In this document: positions 34,531 to 43,082 of the stretch, in pieces
How the letters are laid out: each line of letters opens with the position of its first letter
How positions within the stretch are numbered: position 1 is the first letter of the stretch
DNA from: Acidimicrobiales bacterium
Lineage (GTDB): Bacteria > Actinomycetota > Acidimicrobiia > Acidimicrobiales > Aldehydirespiratoraceae
Length of the DNA: 64,000 bases
Reading direction: 5' to 3'
NCBI GenBank assembly: GCA_965116485.1
Contig: OZ220692.1
Coordinates: 2,459,152-2,523,151, forward strand
Position numbers and translations under genes: made by a program
The notes under the pieces: generated by a model
What the model was told of the DNA's origin: nothing
The model's input: the letters and a program-made list of their open reading frames with translations, nothing else
Database searches by the model: none

Positions 34531-36381
34531 TCAGGAGTGAAGGGAATCTGCGGACTGGCGGGCGTGGTAGCTCGAACGGGTCAGCGGGGAGGACTCCACA
34601 TGTGCGATTCCCACCGACTCGCCGAACTCTTTCCATTCGTCGAACACCTCAGGCTGCCACCACCGGGCCACCGGCAGATGATGCGACGTCGGGCGCAGAT
34701 ACTGGCCGATCGTGACGATGTCGACGCGGAGCGCCGCGAGGTCGATGAGGGTCTGGCGAATCTCTAGGTCACTCTCCCCCATCCCCGCGATTATCGACGA
34801 CTTGGTCGTCAGGCCGGCCGCTTTGGCACGACCCAACACCGAAAGACTGCGCGCATAACCGGCCGACGGGCGTACCGCACGCTGCAGCCGCGCCACCGTC
34901 TCGATGTTGTGGCTGAACACATCGGGACGCGCGTCGAACACCGTCTTCAGCGAACGATCGCATCCTTTGAAGTCCGAAACCAGAGTCTCCACCCGGCACT
35001 CAGGCGAGCGCCCGCGGATCGCGGCAATGACCTCGGCCACCGCTCCCACTCCGCCGTCTGCGAGATCGTCGCGGGCGACCATGGTGACGACCGCGTACGC
35101 CAGCCCCATCGACTCGACCGCCAGGGCGACCCGCGCCGCCTCGCCGGGATCGGGCGGGCCGGGGAGGCGCGTGTCGACCAAGCAGAACCCGCACGCCCTG
35201 GTGCAGCGGTCCCCGAGGATCATGAAGGTCGCGGTACCGTCGTTCCAGCATTCGGAGATGTTGGGGCATCCTGCCTCCTCGCACACGGTCACGAGTCCGA
35301 GTTCTTTGATCGTTGCGCGGACCTGACGGAACTTCGGCGCCGGATCGAAGCGGACCCGCATCCAGTCGGGCTTGCGGGCACGCAGCCGCACCGGGTCGTG
35401 GTCCGTGGCGCCTGCCTGGGCGAGCCGACCCAGCAGCCGCACCGAGGCGCCGTCCGCTTTGGCCGCGAAGTCCAAGGCAGCCGGCCCGCCCGGCCCGCCC
35501 GATACGCCCAGGCCCTCCGACCCGCCCGATACGCCCAGGCCCTCCGGCCCGCCCGATGCGCCCAGGCCCTCCGACCCGCCCGACGCGCCCAGGCCGCCCG
35601 ACCCCTCCGTCACGGACCCGGAAGCCGCGAGCGCGTCGGTGTGGCCGACCCCGTCGCGCCCGACCGGGTTTCCAAGACCCTCACCAAGAGAGAAGGGCGC
35701 CAGATCCGTGCGTCTGGTTCTGAACCCGACCCCGGCGCGGTCGACTGAGGTGTGCGGAGCGAACAGAGCCGACGCCCGTTGCGTGAACACCTCGACCATC
35801 TCCGGCATCGAAACGTCGACGCCGAGCGCTGCCAGCGAGGTGACGCCCTTGTCGCGGATCCCGCACGGCACGATCCGCTCGTACCAGCTCAAGTCGGGAT
35901 CGACGTTGAGCGCCACCCCGTGCATGGAGCGTCCCCGCGTTATCCGCACCCCAATCGCCGCGATCTTGCGGGGCTGTTGCCCCTGAAAATCAACCCAGAC
36001 ACCGGTGCAGCCGGCGATTCGCCCCGACTCGACACCGACATCTCGCAGCGAATCGATCAACAGCTGTTCAAGCGATGACACATACGCGGCGGTGTCGGCC
36101 ATTCCGCCGCCTCGGCGTCCCAGAACTTCAACAATGGGGTACGCGACCAGCTGCCCCGGACCGTGGTAGGTCACGTCACCTCCCCGATCCGTCTCAACCA
36201 ACTCGGCGCCGAGCGACTCGATGTCGGCGAGCAGATGATCCACCGGCGTGCGGCGAGTCACAGTCACCACATTCGGATGCTCCAACAGGAGCAGATAGTC
36301 GTATAGACGATTGCCGGCCAACGACCGTTGCAGAGCGAGCGCATCCGTGTAGGCGACCCTTCCCAACCAGCGGATGCGCAA
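34531..36381 (-). CDS. Fused octanoyltransferase LipB / lipoyl synthase LipA
   Basis: One 616-aa ORF: N-terminal TDRGGDVTYHGPGQLVAYPI (LipB), a Gly/Ser 9-aa repeat linker, then C-terminal CEEAGCPNISECW and LGDRCTRACGFCLVDT (LipA radical-SAM and auxiliary cluster motifs). Confidence 0.8.
   Translation of the reverse strand: MRIRWLGRVAYTDALALQRSLAGNRLYDYLLLLEHPNVVTVTRRTPVDHLLADIESLGAELVETDRGGDVTYHGPGQLVAYPIVEVLGRRGGGMADTAAYVSSLEQLLIDSLRDVGVESGRIAGCTGVWVDFQGQQPRKIAAIGVRITRGRSMHGVALNVDPDLSWYERIVPCGIRDKGVTSLAALGVDVSMPEMVEVFTQRASALFAPHTSVDRAGVGFRTRRTDLAPFSLGEGLGNPVGRDGVGHTDALAASGSVTEGSGGLGASGGSEGLGASGGPEGLGVSGGSEGLGVSGGPGGPAALDFAAKADGASVRLLGRLAQAGATDHDPVRLRARKPDWMRVRFDPAPKFRQVRATIKELGLVTVCEEAGCPNISECWNDGTATFMILGDRCTRACGFCLVDTRLPGPPDPGEAARVALAVESMGLAYAVVTMVARDDLADGGVGAVAEVIAAIRGRSPECRVETLVSDFKGCDRSLKTVFDARPDVFSHNIETVARLQRAVRPSAGYARSLSVLGRAKAAGLTTKSSIIAGMGESDLEIRQTLIDLAALRVDIVTIGQYLRPTSHHLPVARWWQPEVFDEWKEFGESVGIAHVESSPLTRSSYHARQSADSLHS
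35494..35601. repeat. 27-bp tandem repeat x4 in the LipB-LipA linker
   Basis: The unit cccgcccgatacgcccaggccctccga is repeated with a few substitutions and encodes SGG(S/P)EGLG(A/V) on the minus strand. Confidence 0.85.
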
Positions 36382-36407
36382 TGTCCGCTCAGGCGCGACC
36401 AGCGTGC

Positions 36408-38126
36408 TCAGCGGACCTCCGCCTCCCAGTCGCGAGTCTCGATGATCTCTTTGACCCGATGCAGGAACGCGGCAGCGTAGGCCCCGTCGAAAGCGCGGTG
36501 GTCCCAGGCCATCGCCAACACTCCCATCGAGTGGATTGCGATCGACTCGTTACCGAACGAATCAGTGACCACGACCGGTTTTCGAGCCACACCGTCAGTC
36601 GACAGGATCGCCACCTGAGGCTGGTTGATGATCGGGAACTGCATCATCGTGCCGTACTGTCCGGCGTTGGTCAGCGTGAAAGTGCCGCCCGAGAGCTCAT
36701 CGGGCATCAGCTGCTTGGTTCGCGCGCGGGCGGCGACATCCACGATGTCGCGAGCGATCTGTCGCAGCCTCTTGCCCTCGGTGCCCTTGAGCACCGGCGC
36801 CAGCAGCCCGTTGAAGTCGATGTCGACGGCGATGGCAAGGTTGACCTCGTCGTGGACGACTAGGTGGTCACCCCCGAAACTGGCATTGAGGTGCGGGTAT
36901 TCGCGCAGCGCATCAACGACCGCGCGGGCAATGAACGGCAGGTAGGTGAGGCTGAACCCCTCCTCTGCCTTCCATCCTGACTTGACCGCCTTGCGCACTT
37001 TCTCGACACCCTCATAGTCGATCTCCATCGCTGTGAGCACGTGCGGCGAAGCGCTCTTGGACATGACCATGTGCTCTGCGGTGCGCTTGCGAATGTTGTT
37101 GAGAGCCACGACCTTGTCACGCGTCCCGACTTCGGGGGATGGAATCGCAGGAGCCACGGGAGGCGTGTCGGCCACTGCCGCCGCGGGCTCCGATGGTCGC
37201 TCGGCGAACGGCGGAGGAGGAACCGGTTCTTGAGCCGACGGTGTGGAGGCTGTGGAGGGTGTGGACGGCACGGAGGGCACGGAGGGCACGGACGGTGTGG
37301 ACGGCGCGGCCGATGCTCTCGATCTGATCGCAGCTTCGACATCGGCTCGCGTGATTCGCCCACCGATACCTGTACCGACGATCGTCGACGGATCAAGCCC
37401 GTTGTCGGCAATCAATCGACGCACAACCGGGGACAAGAGCGCACTCGACACTCCACGCTTCGGCAACCCAGCAGCCGCCTCCGGCGACGCCGTTGAATCC
37501 GAAGAAACAGCCGCGGCAGCCTTCGGCGGCAACGGCGGGGGCGGCAGCGTCGACGACGGGGGCGCCGTTTCGCTCAGCGTCGGCGCCGGCTCAGGCAGCG
37601 GCGACTCGGACACAGGCCCCGGCGTCGGATCAGCCGAAACCTGTGCCGGTTCCGGCTCAGGCAGCGGCGACTCGGGGGCGGGCGCCGGTTCGATCACCGG
37701 CACGGGCTGCGGATCGGGTGCAGGCGCGGCGAACACGTCGGGCTGCGGATCAGGTGCAGGCGCGGCGAACACGTCGGGCTGCGGATCAGGTGCAGGCGCG
37801 GCCAACACGTCGGAATCCGGATCAGGTGCAGGCGCGGCCAACACGTCGGATTCCGCAGGGGCCGCGGCCGGGGCAGCAGAAGCTTCAGAAGCTTCGCCGA
37901 TCTGTGCCAGAACCTGCCCGACCTCCACGAGGTCTCCCTCGTTGGCGAATATCTCAAGCAGCGTTCCGGCAATGGGCGACGGCACTTCCGAGTCGACCTT
38001 GTCGGTGGAAACCTCGAAGAGGATCTCATCCATCTCCACATGGTCACCGACCTGCTTGAACCAGCGGGTGATCGTCCCCTCGGTGACTGTCTCCCCCAAC
38101 TGCGGCATGGTCACGTCAGCCATCAA
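36408..38126 (-). CDS. 2-oxoacid dehydrogenase E2 (dihydrolipoamide acyltransferase)
   Basis: Lipoyl domain FEVSTDKVDSEVPSPIAG, long Pro/Ala linker, catalytic DHRAFDGAYAAAFL. Confidence 0.85.
   Translation of the reverse strand: MMADVTMPQLGETVTEGTITRWFKQVGDHVEMDEILFEVSTDKVDSEVPSPIAGTLLEIFANEGDLVEVGQVLAQIGEASEASAAPAAAPAESDVLAAPAPDPDSDVLAAPAPDPQPDVFAAPAPDPQPDVFAAPAPDPQPVPVIEPAPAPESPLPEPEPAQVSADPTPGPVSESPLPEPAPTLSETAPPSSTLPPPPLPPKAAAAVSSDSTASPEAAAGLPKRGVSSALLSPVVRRLIADNGLDPSTIVGTGIGGRITRADVEAAIRSRASAAPSTPSVPSVPSVPSTPSTASTPSAQEPVPPPPFAERPSEPAAAVADTPPVAPAIPSPEVGTRDKVVALNNIRKRTAEHMVMSKSASPHVLTAMEIDYEGVEKVRKAVKSGWKAEEGFSLTYLPFIARAVVDALREYPHLNASFGGDHLVVHDEVNLAIAVDIDFNGLLAPVLKGTEGKRLRQIARDIVDVAARARTKQLMPDELSGGTFTLTNAGQYGTMMQFPIINQPQVAILSTDGVARKPVVVTDSFGNESIAIHSMGVLAMAWDHRAFDGAYAAAFLHRVKEIIETRDWEAEVR
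37705..37848. repeat. 36-bp tandem repeat x4 in the E2 linker
   Basis: Unit ggctgcggatc(a/g)ggtgcaggcgcggc(g/c)aacacgtcg. It encodes 12-aa repeats (roughly PDVFAAPAPDPQ) in the Pro/Ala linker. Confidence 0.85.
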
Positions 38127-38233
38127 GTCCTCTTCCTGTCGATTTTCTTCCTGCTCGGTTTCTTCCTGCTGGATTTCTTCCGGCCCGGTTCATTCCTGTT
38201 CGTTCTCTGTGGCTCACCGGCGCCAAGTCTGCA

Positions 38234-39679
38234 TCAACCATGGAGCGAACGCCCGGTCAAAGACAACACCGATTCTCCAAAAAGCTCGCTCATGGTCGGA
38301 TGCGGCTGAATGAAAGCCGCCACATCGTCGACCGTCGCCTCCCAGTTGACCGCAAGGTAGGCCTGGCCTAGCTGTTCGGTCACCCAGGGCCCGACCATGT
38401 GGACGCCCAGAATCTGACCGCCCGTGCCGTCGGGACGCTTCTGGGCGATGACCTTCACGATTCCGTCGGTGTCACCGACGATCTTGGCTCTGCCGTTGCC
38501 GATGAAACGCAACGACGAGGTCACAACTTCGTGACCGGCCTTGATCGCTGAATCCTCGGTGTGCCCGGCGAACGCCACCTCAGGATGGCAATATATGCAC
38601 CACGGCGTTCGGTGGTAGTCCAACGGAGCTGGTTCTTCGCCCAACGAATCGGTGACGGCCAGCATTCCCTCGGCGAAGGCCACATGGGCGAGCTGTGGGG
38701 TGTCGATCAGGTCGCCCACAGCCCAAACACCGGGTTCCGCGGTGCGACAGCGGCCGTCCACCTCAACGAAACCGCGCTCATCAACAACCACCGACGTGCC
38801 GCTGAGGCCCAACAGGTCGGCATTGGGTCGCCGACCGACCGAGACCACCACCAGCTCGACGTCCACGGACTGACCGTCGCCGAACGACACCGACGTGTGC
38901 GAACCGGAGGGATCGGGAGTGTGTCCGCGAACCGGGGCCGAAGTGTACACAGTGATGCCGCGCTTCTTGAAGCTGCGCGCCACAACTTTGGTCGCGTCGC
39001 GGTCGCATCCGGTGAGGATCTGGTCCAGCGCTTCAATCACTGTGACCTCCGCCCCGAGGTCGGCCATCATCGAGGCGAACTCACAACCGATGGCGCCGCC
39101 GCCGATCACTGCGGCACTCTTCGGGAGTGCTTCGATCGACAACAGCTCGTCGGAGGTCATCACGAATTTCTGATCGACTTCAAAGCCCGGGATCGTGCGC
39201 GGCAGCGACCCCGTCGCCAGAATCACCGACGGGGCGGTGAGCGCCTGCGTCTCGCCCCCTCCGCTGACCGTCACCACCCGGTCGGCGCCGAGCGAGCCGA
39301 CCCCGTTGTAAACGGTGACCTTTCGGCCCTTCATCATCGAGCCGAGGCCGGCAACGAGTTGATCGATGATGGTCTGCTTGCGCTGCATCGTGACATCCCA
39401 GTCGAGCGCCGGCGCCGAGGTCGTCACGCCGAAGTCGCCTGCATGGGAGACAGTGCGAAAGACATGCGCCGTCTCCAACAACTCCTTGGCGGGGATGCAC
39501 CCGACATGCAGGCAAGTGCCACCGAGAGCGCCCTTCTCCACGAGCCCTGTGTTCAACCCGACGCCCGCGGCATACAGTGCGGCTGCATAGCCGGCGGGAC
39601 CACCCCCGACAACGATCAAATCGTGTTGCGTCACATCGTTCTGCGTGTCTATGGGACTTCCTCCCCGTGCGAGCCTCAT
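38234..39679 (-). CDS. lpd: Dihydrolipoyl dehydrogenase (E3)
   Basis: DLIVVGGGPAGY FAD motif and redox disulfide GGTCLHVGCIPAK. The true start may be the GTG before TQHDLIVVGGG. Confidence 0.9.
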   Translation of the reverse strand: MRLARGGSPIDTQNDVTQHDLIVVGGGPAGYAAALYAAGVGLNTGLVEKGALGGTCLHVGCIPAKELLETAHVFRTVSHAGDFGVTTSAPALDWDVTMQRKQTIIDQLVAGLGSMMKGRKVTVYNGVGSLGADRVVTVSGGGETQALTAPSVILATGSLPRTIPGFEVDQKFVMTSDELLSIEALPKSAAVIGGGAIGCEFASMMADLGAEVTVIEALDQILTGCDRDATKVVARSFKKRGITVYTSAPVRGHTPDPSGSHTSVSFGDGQSVDVELVVVSVGRRPNADLLGLSGTSVVVDERGFVEVDGRCRTAEPGVWAVGDLIDTPQLAHVAFAEGMLAVTDSLGEEPAPLDYHRTPWCIYCHPEVAFAGHTEDSAIKAGHEVVTSSLRFIGNGRAKIVGDTDGIVKVIAQKRPDGTGGQILGVHMVGPWVTEQLGQAYLAVNWEATVDDVAAFIQPHPTMSELFGESVLSLTGRSLHG

Positions 39680-39954
39680 GCTACCGGAGCCGATCCCTTA
39701 CCGGAGCGGGCTCAGCTGACAATCATCAACAACTGAACAGCTCCGGCAACAAGAATCGCCAACCCGACCAGAAGCGAGACTCCGATCAACATTCGGGTAC
39801 TCATCGTGACCTCTTCTTCTGACCTCTTCTTCGCTTCTCCCGGCCCAGCAAGGCTACCTGAGAGTTCGCTCGCCAGTCCCGCTCACCGAAGACGCCCGCG
39901 GTCATGCCCGACCCCGACCGACTCTGCGACCGAAAAAGTCTGCGAAAGTCTAGG

Positions 39955-40557
39955 ATGGCAGCGGTGAGGCGAACAGCTCTTTCTCGGATCACTGCTGCGC
40001 TGACGGTTGCGGCGCTGCTGGGCGGCGCATGCAGCGATGGCGCCGATGACCAGGCCGCCCCGACACAGCCGGATTCGACACCCGCGACCCCGACTACGAC
40101 CACGGCCGCGGAGTCGTCACCTGTGACAACAGCGAGCGATCAGAGCGCAGTGTCCTGGCCTCACGACTGGACCGAGGAACGCGTCGGTGGAGGCCAATTC
40201 GATGCCGGTGACTACGAGGGTCAAGACCTCGTGTTGTGGTTCTGGGCGCCGTGGTGACCGGCTTGTCAACGGGAAGCCGGTGCGGTCGCATCGGTTCAGC
40301 AACAATTCGCCGGTCGGATCGACATCATCGGCGTCGGCGGCAGCACCAGCTCACAAGCCGATCTCGAGCGCTTCGTGGGCGGTTACGGAGTCATCGACCT
40401 CATCAACCTGTCCGACACCGACAACTCCGTATGGGAACGCTACGGCGTCTTCAGCCAGCCGATCTATGCGTTCATCAACGACGACGGCACCACCGAGGTG
40501 ACGAGACTCCCTGTGGCCGAACTCGCCGACCGGATTGAACAGCTGCTAGCCGCCTAG
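39955..40557 (+). CDS. TlpA/ResA-like thiol-disulfide oxidoreductase lipoprotein with in-frame TGA (candidate selenocysteine, motif W-U-P-A-C)
   Basis: ORFs 39904-40257 and 40375-40557 are in the same frame, with no other stop between them. TGA 40255-40257 sits where the first Cys of WCxxC is expected (LVLWFWAPW-TGA-PACQREA...). Lipoprotein-like signal AALLGGAC. Start ATG 39955 chosen. Confidence 0.6.
40277..40294 (+). promoter_or_regulatory. Candidate SECIS hairpin with GGUC apical loop
   Basis: ccggtgc-GGTC-gcatcgg: 7-bp stem with the loop starting 30 nt from the U of TGA. An alternative hairpin ccggctt-gtcaacggg-aagccgg (40258-40280) shares the ccgg. Confidence 0.45.
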
Positions 40558-40609
40558 CCCCACGATCCCAAGCCGGCCGGCCCGCCCGATCACTTGCTTT
40601 CGACGATGA

Positions 40610-40897
40610 CTACTTTCTACGGCGAATCATCCACCCCAGAATCTCGCTGAGAATCGCTCCCGCGACAGCGGAAATCACAATTATCAACCACAACGGCGCG
40701 CTGCGATCAATGAAGAACCATTGGACCGGAGTGCTGTCGGTGTTCTGCACGACGAAAGCGATCAGCGCCAGGGCCACGAGTGCAGCCCCGATGAATTTGC
40801 CGATACCGGTTCTGGCCGGTGGTTGACTCGTCCCGTTGTCTGACATCCTTGGTCCTTTGTTCGTCCCGGTTCGCGTGTACTCGACTGTTCGCGACAC
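40610..40897 (-). CDS. Small membrane protein (LapA/DUF1049-like)
   Basis: 95 aa with two hydrophobic helices and a basic C-terminus (WMIRRRK). The family call is recollection-level. Confidence 0.45.
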   Translation of the reverse strand: MSRTVEYTRTGTNKGPRMSDNGTSQPPARTGIGKFIGAALVALALIAFVVQNTDSTPVQWFFIDRSAPLWLIIVISAVAGAILSEILGWMIRRRK

Positions 40898-40930
40898 TCT
40901 ATGATTTGCAGCATAGGACGCGGCTCGCTC

Positions 40931-40990
40931 TCACACGAGGGACAGGCACACGAGAGACAGGCACACGAGAGACAGGCACACGAGAGGCAG
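40931..40990. repeat. 15-bp tandem repeat (about 4 copies) in a divergent promoter region
   Basis: acaggcacacgagag occurs three times with partial copies on both sides. The array ends 16 nt before ATG 41006. Confidence 0.85.
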
Positions 40991-41005
40991 GACCGGAGCA
41001 GAGCA

Positions 41006-41908
41006 ATGCGAGTACTGATCAGCGGCTCGACAGGCTTGATCGGAACCTCGTTGGTCGCCGCGCTCAAAACCACGGTTCACACGCCGGTCCGTCTGCTGCG
41101 GTCGCAGAACGTCGATGACGCCGAGAGTATTCTCTGGAACCCGGCGGCGGGCGAATTACCCGACGACGCGCTCAACAACATCGACGCGGTGGTTCACCTC
41201 GCCGGCGCTTCAATAGCCGAGCGACGCTGGAGCGACGCCCAGAAGGCCCGGATTCTTGACAGCCGAACCACGACCACCACTCTGTTGGCGAACGCGGTCG
41301 CGGCGGCCGAGAATCCGCCGGCGGTGTTCCTGTCGGGTTCGGCCATCGGCTTCTACGGAGACCGCGGCGACGAAGAACTCAATGAGATCAGTTCCGGTGG
41401 CGACGGTTTTCTTGCCGACGTGGTGCGAGCCTGGGAACATGCCGCGAGCCCGGCAGGAGATTCCACACGGCTGGCGTATCTGCGCACCGGCGTGGTGCTG
41501 GCGGCCGCCGGAGGAGCCCTCAAAGCGCAGCTTCCGTTCTTCAGGCTCGGGATCGGCGGGCGCATCGGCGACGGACGCCAGTGGTTGAGTTGGATATCTA
41601 TCCAAGACATGGTTCAGGCCATCATCTGGCTCCTCGACAACGAGGTCTCAGGCCCCGTCAATATGACGGCGCCCAATCCCGTGACCAACGCCGAGTTCAC
41701 CACGACGCTCGGCCGGGCACTGGGTAGGCCGACGATTCTGCCGACCCCCAAAGTCGTGATGTGGGCCACTCTCGGACGGGAGCTGACCGAACAACTGCTG
41801 TACGCCAGCCAGAAGGTCGAGCCCTCAGCGCTTCTGGAAAGCGGCTACCAGTTCCGTCAACCAGACCTGGCCCCCGCACTTCACAGTGTTCTCAACAAGC
41901 CGCAGTAG
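41006..41908 (+). CDS. TIGR01777-type NAD-dependent epimerase-family protein (YfcH-like)
   Basis: Start MRVLISGSTGLIGTSL (ATG 41006). C-terminal DUF1731-like region. Confidence 0.8.
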   Translation: MRVLISGSTGLIGTSLVAALKTTVHTPVRLLRSQNVDDAESILWNPAAGELPDDALNNIDAVVHLAGASIAERRWSDAQKARILDSRTTTTTLLANAVAAAENPPAVFLSGSAIGFYGDRGDEELNEISSGGDGFLADVVRAWEHAASPAGDSTRLAYLRTGVVLAAAGGALKAQLPFFRLGIGGRIGDGRQWLSWISIQDMVQAIIWLLDNEVSGPVNMTAPNPVTNAEFTTTLGRALGRPTILPTPKVVMWATLGRELTEQLLYASQKVEPSALLESGYQFRQPDLAPALHSVLNKPQ

Positions 41909-41917
41909 CGGGTCTCG

Positions 41918-43036
41918 CTAGGCGTCGACAATCCAGACGTCGTCCGGCATTTCCCGTTCGAACTCACGCACGACTCGGCCGACCCGGCGATCGTCGCCGT
42001 CCCACACGATCAACGCTTCATCGGCGACTGTTCTCAGCCATGCGTTCCGTCGCTTGAGTGCTTCGCCCGCGTTTTTCGGGTTTGCCGGAACCCTTCGTTG
42101 CAAGCACACGACTTTGGCAGCCCCTTCCAACATCGATGCAAAGTGATTCCTGTCGACCGCAGGCCACCTGACGGCGGGGTTGGGATAGGGCAGCACCACC
42201 ACGTAAGGCAGACCGGACGCTACCGCCGCCTCTGCGCCGAGAGTCTCCGCACCGCGGCGCAACCCCGTCAGCACCACCAAGTCGTCGTCGAGTTCCTTCT
42301 TCGCCTTCAAGATCTCCGCGAGTCGTCGACGCGTAGCGCTTGTTCCGATGTCTTGAGAGCTGTCTTGGGCACTGCCTGAACCGGCACTGCCTGAACCGGG
42401 CTGCATCCCGAGGACCGCCACGCAACGGCCCGTCGGACGCCACGAACCTGCATCGGCGCGGCCGCCCGCGCTTCGACCACCGGCCCCCGCCGTCTCGGGA
42501 CTGTCAGCCTCGCCGAGATCAGCGGGCATCCCGACACCGTCGCGCCCCACCTGCGTGCGCGCAGCTTCAGCCGCCAAGCGGTCGGCGACGTCGTTCCATT
42601 CATTTCCGGCGTGGCCTTTCACCCAGGTGAACGTGATCTCAATGGGCGACGTGCGGTACAGCTCGATCAGCGGGTCCCAGACGTCGCGGTTGGCGACCGG
42701 CGCCTTGTTGGAGTTGCGCCAGTCCCGTTCGAGCCAACCGGCCCACCAGCGGTCGCGAAAACAGTTGACGACATAGGTGGAGTCCGAAACAACCTCGACG
42801 GCGCCCTCCGTCGGACCGACCAGGGTCCGCAGCGCCTCGAGCACCGCGGTGAGCTCCATCCGTTGATTGGTAGATTCCGCGTCAGCGCCGCTGGCCCAGC
42901 GGCCGTCGGGCACAACCCAGCCCCAGCCTCCGGGCCCAGGATTCCCCAGACAGGCGCCGTCTGTGTAGACAGTCGTTGTACCAGTTGCACTGCTAATGCG
43001 CTCATTCTGTGATCTCCGCTGACAACTTCCACCCAT
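41918..43036 (-). CDS. RNase HI fused to an uncharacterised C-terminal domain
   Basis: YTDGACLGNPGPGGWGW ... WVKGHAGNEWNDVADRLA is the RNase H domain, followed by a low-complexity linker and a domain of about 170 aa (VVLTGLRRGAETLGAEAAVASGLPYVVVLPYP). Start set at ATG 43036 to avoid overlapping aceE. Confidence 0.7.
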   Translation of the reverse strand: MGGSCQRRSQNERISSATGTTTVYTDGACLGNPGPGGWGWVVPDGRWASGADAESTNQRMELTAVLEALRTLVGPTEGAVEVVSDSTYVVNCFRDRWWAGWLERDWRNSNKAPVANRDVWDPLIELYRTSPIEITFTWVKGHAGNEWNDVADRLAAEAARTQVGRDGVGMPADLGEADSPETAGAGGRSAGGRADAGSWRPTGRCVAVLGMQPGSGSAGSGSAQDSSQDIGTSATRRRLAEILKAKKELDDDLVVLTGLRRGAETLGAEAAVASGLPYVVVLPYPNPAVRWPAVDRNHFASMLEGAAKVVCLQRRVPANPKNAGEALKRRNAWLRTVADEALIVWDGDDRRVGRVVREFEREMPDDVWIVDA

Positions 43037-43082
43037 CGCCCGGACCCCAAAGCAAAAAAGTTCTGCGAGAATAGAGACACAT

